A DNA stretch of 64,000 nucleotides, from contig OZ316891.1 of the NCBI GenBank assembly GCA_973895155.1, positions 10,665,875 to 10,729,874 on the forward strand, written 5' to 3'. The stretch is from Marsupella aquatica (taxonomy: Eukaryota; Plantae; Marchantiophyta). Position numbers and translations under genes: made by a program. Of this stretch, positions 63,098-64,000 are shown in pieces. The notes below the pieces were generated by a model, which did no database searches, was not told where the DNA came from, and saw only the letters and a program-made list of their open reading frames with translations. Position 1 is the first letter of the stretch, and each line of letters starts with the position of its first letter.

Positions 63098-63325
63098 TTT
63101 GTAAAATAGAAGAAGTGACAACAGTATCAATTAGAACATATTCGGTGGCAAAGAATTAAAAGCTGATATATATGAACTTGGTCTGGCCATAAGGATTTGT
63201 TGTACTCATCTGCACCATTTGGGATTGTCTCCTAGTTGGGCTCTTTCTGTTGTTTGGCTGTTTACTACTAGCTTGATTGCAACGCGAAAGATGGGGACTG
63301 AAGGAAGGAGCAAATATATTTCAAA

Positions 63326-63540
63326 CAATTTTTAAGTACTTTGTCACTAAAGATGTTCTAATTGACAATAATGCCACTATTTGCATTGTATTTATAAAAA
63401 TGCCATGGTTTTGTATATGGATGGCAAGATACTAGAATAATATATACGAAAACCGTGACATTCATTTTTGTAAATATGAAAAAAACAGTGACAACATTGT
63501 ACATTTAAACATCTTTAGTGACAATGTACTTAAAAGGTGG
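63326..63540. mobile_element. Mutator-like MITE, 215 bp
   Basis: TIR TTTTAAGTACTTTGTCACTAAAGATGTT pairs with AACATCTTTAGTGACAATGTACTTAAAA. A 9-bp direct repeat TATTTCAAA flanks it at 63317-63325 and 63541-63549. Confidence 0.85.
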
Positions 63541-64000
63541 TATTTCAAATTGCCAAAAGCAAAGGGCGCCCAACCTAGAGACACGGTTCCTCAGGCAAAA
63601 GACCTAATCAGGGGGCATAACCAAAGGGCCAAGAAAAGCCAGGAAACAAAGAACTATCAGAGACCCAAAAACCAGTACCCCAAATCCTACCAATAGCAAA
63701 CTAAAGAGCCTAGTATGGCTCCCGTGTGAAGGGAGAGGATAGTCAAGCAAAAGAGTGAGTGCTCGAATACTTGTCTCTCCCTTTCCTGTTGGGATGAGAG
63801 AAACACAAAACATGGGAAAATGCACAGAAAAAGCACGCGGCAACATATTGTACACGGTATGAGAGCCCCTCAAGCTTCCCTGCTTTTGGTCGCGGCAGCC
63901 AAAGGGGGTGCTGCTGTGTAACTCTCACATTTGCTTGCCTCACCATCGCCTCACCCACGCGAGCGAGACTGCGCTCCTGCGGCCAGTTGGAAACTCGACA

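Overview
This window is eukaryotic, intron-rich land-plant DNA, not prokaryotic. The plant-specific DNA ligase 6 together with two axonemal genes points to a lineage with flagellated sperm, probably a bryophyte such as a liverwort (inference). In order it contains: the 3' part of LIG6 (+, 1-8667); a nest of Helitron-like repeats with a 56-bp tandem array (~10.4-11.5 kb); an MLF-family gene (+, 14904-18137); CFAP43/WDR96 (-, ~34.5-19.35 kb); an ~11.6-kb intergenic block; DLEC1/CFAP81 (+, 46115-58377) with unusual N-terminal repeats; a small 86-aa two-exon membrane-protein gene (-, 59769-58950); and several MITE/Helitron fragments. The most striking feature is the intergenic block, a large inverted duplication (~35.8-37.5 kb vs ~43.0-45.7 kb) that places homologous upstream sequence, with conserved MYB-type AACCG/AACGG sites, in front of both divergent flagellar genes. 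Its spacer holds a Helitron interrupted by a rearranged Ty1/copia element with a 5-bp ATGTT target-site duplication. Exon boundaries were read by eye and gene identities come from recalled family motifs, not database searches.
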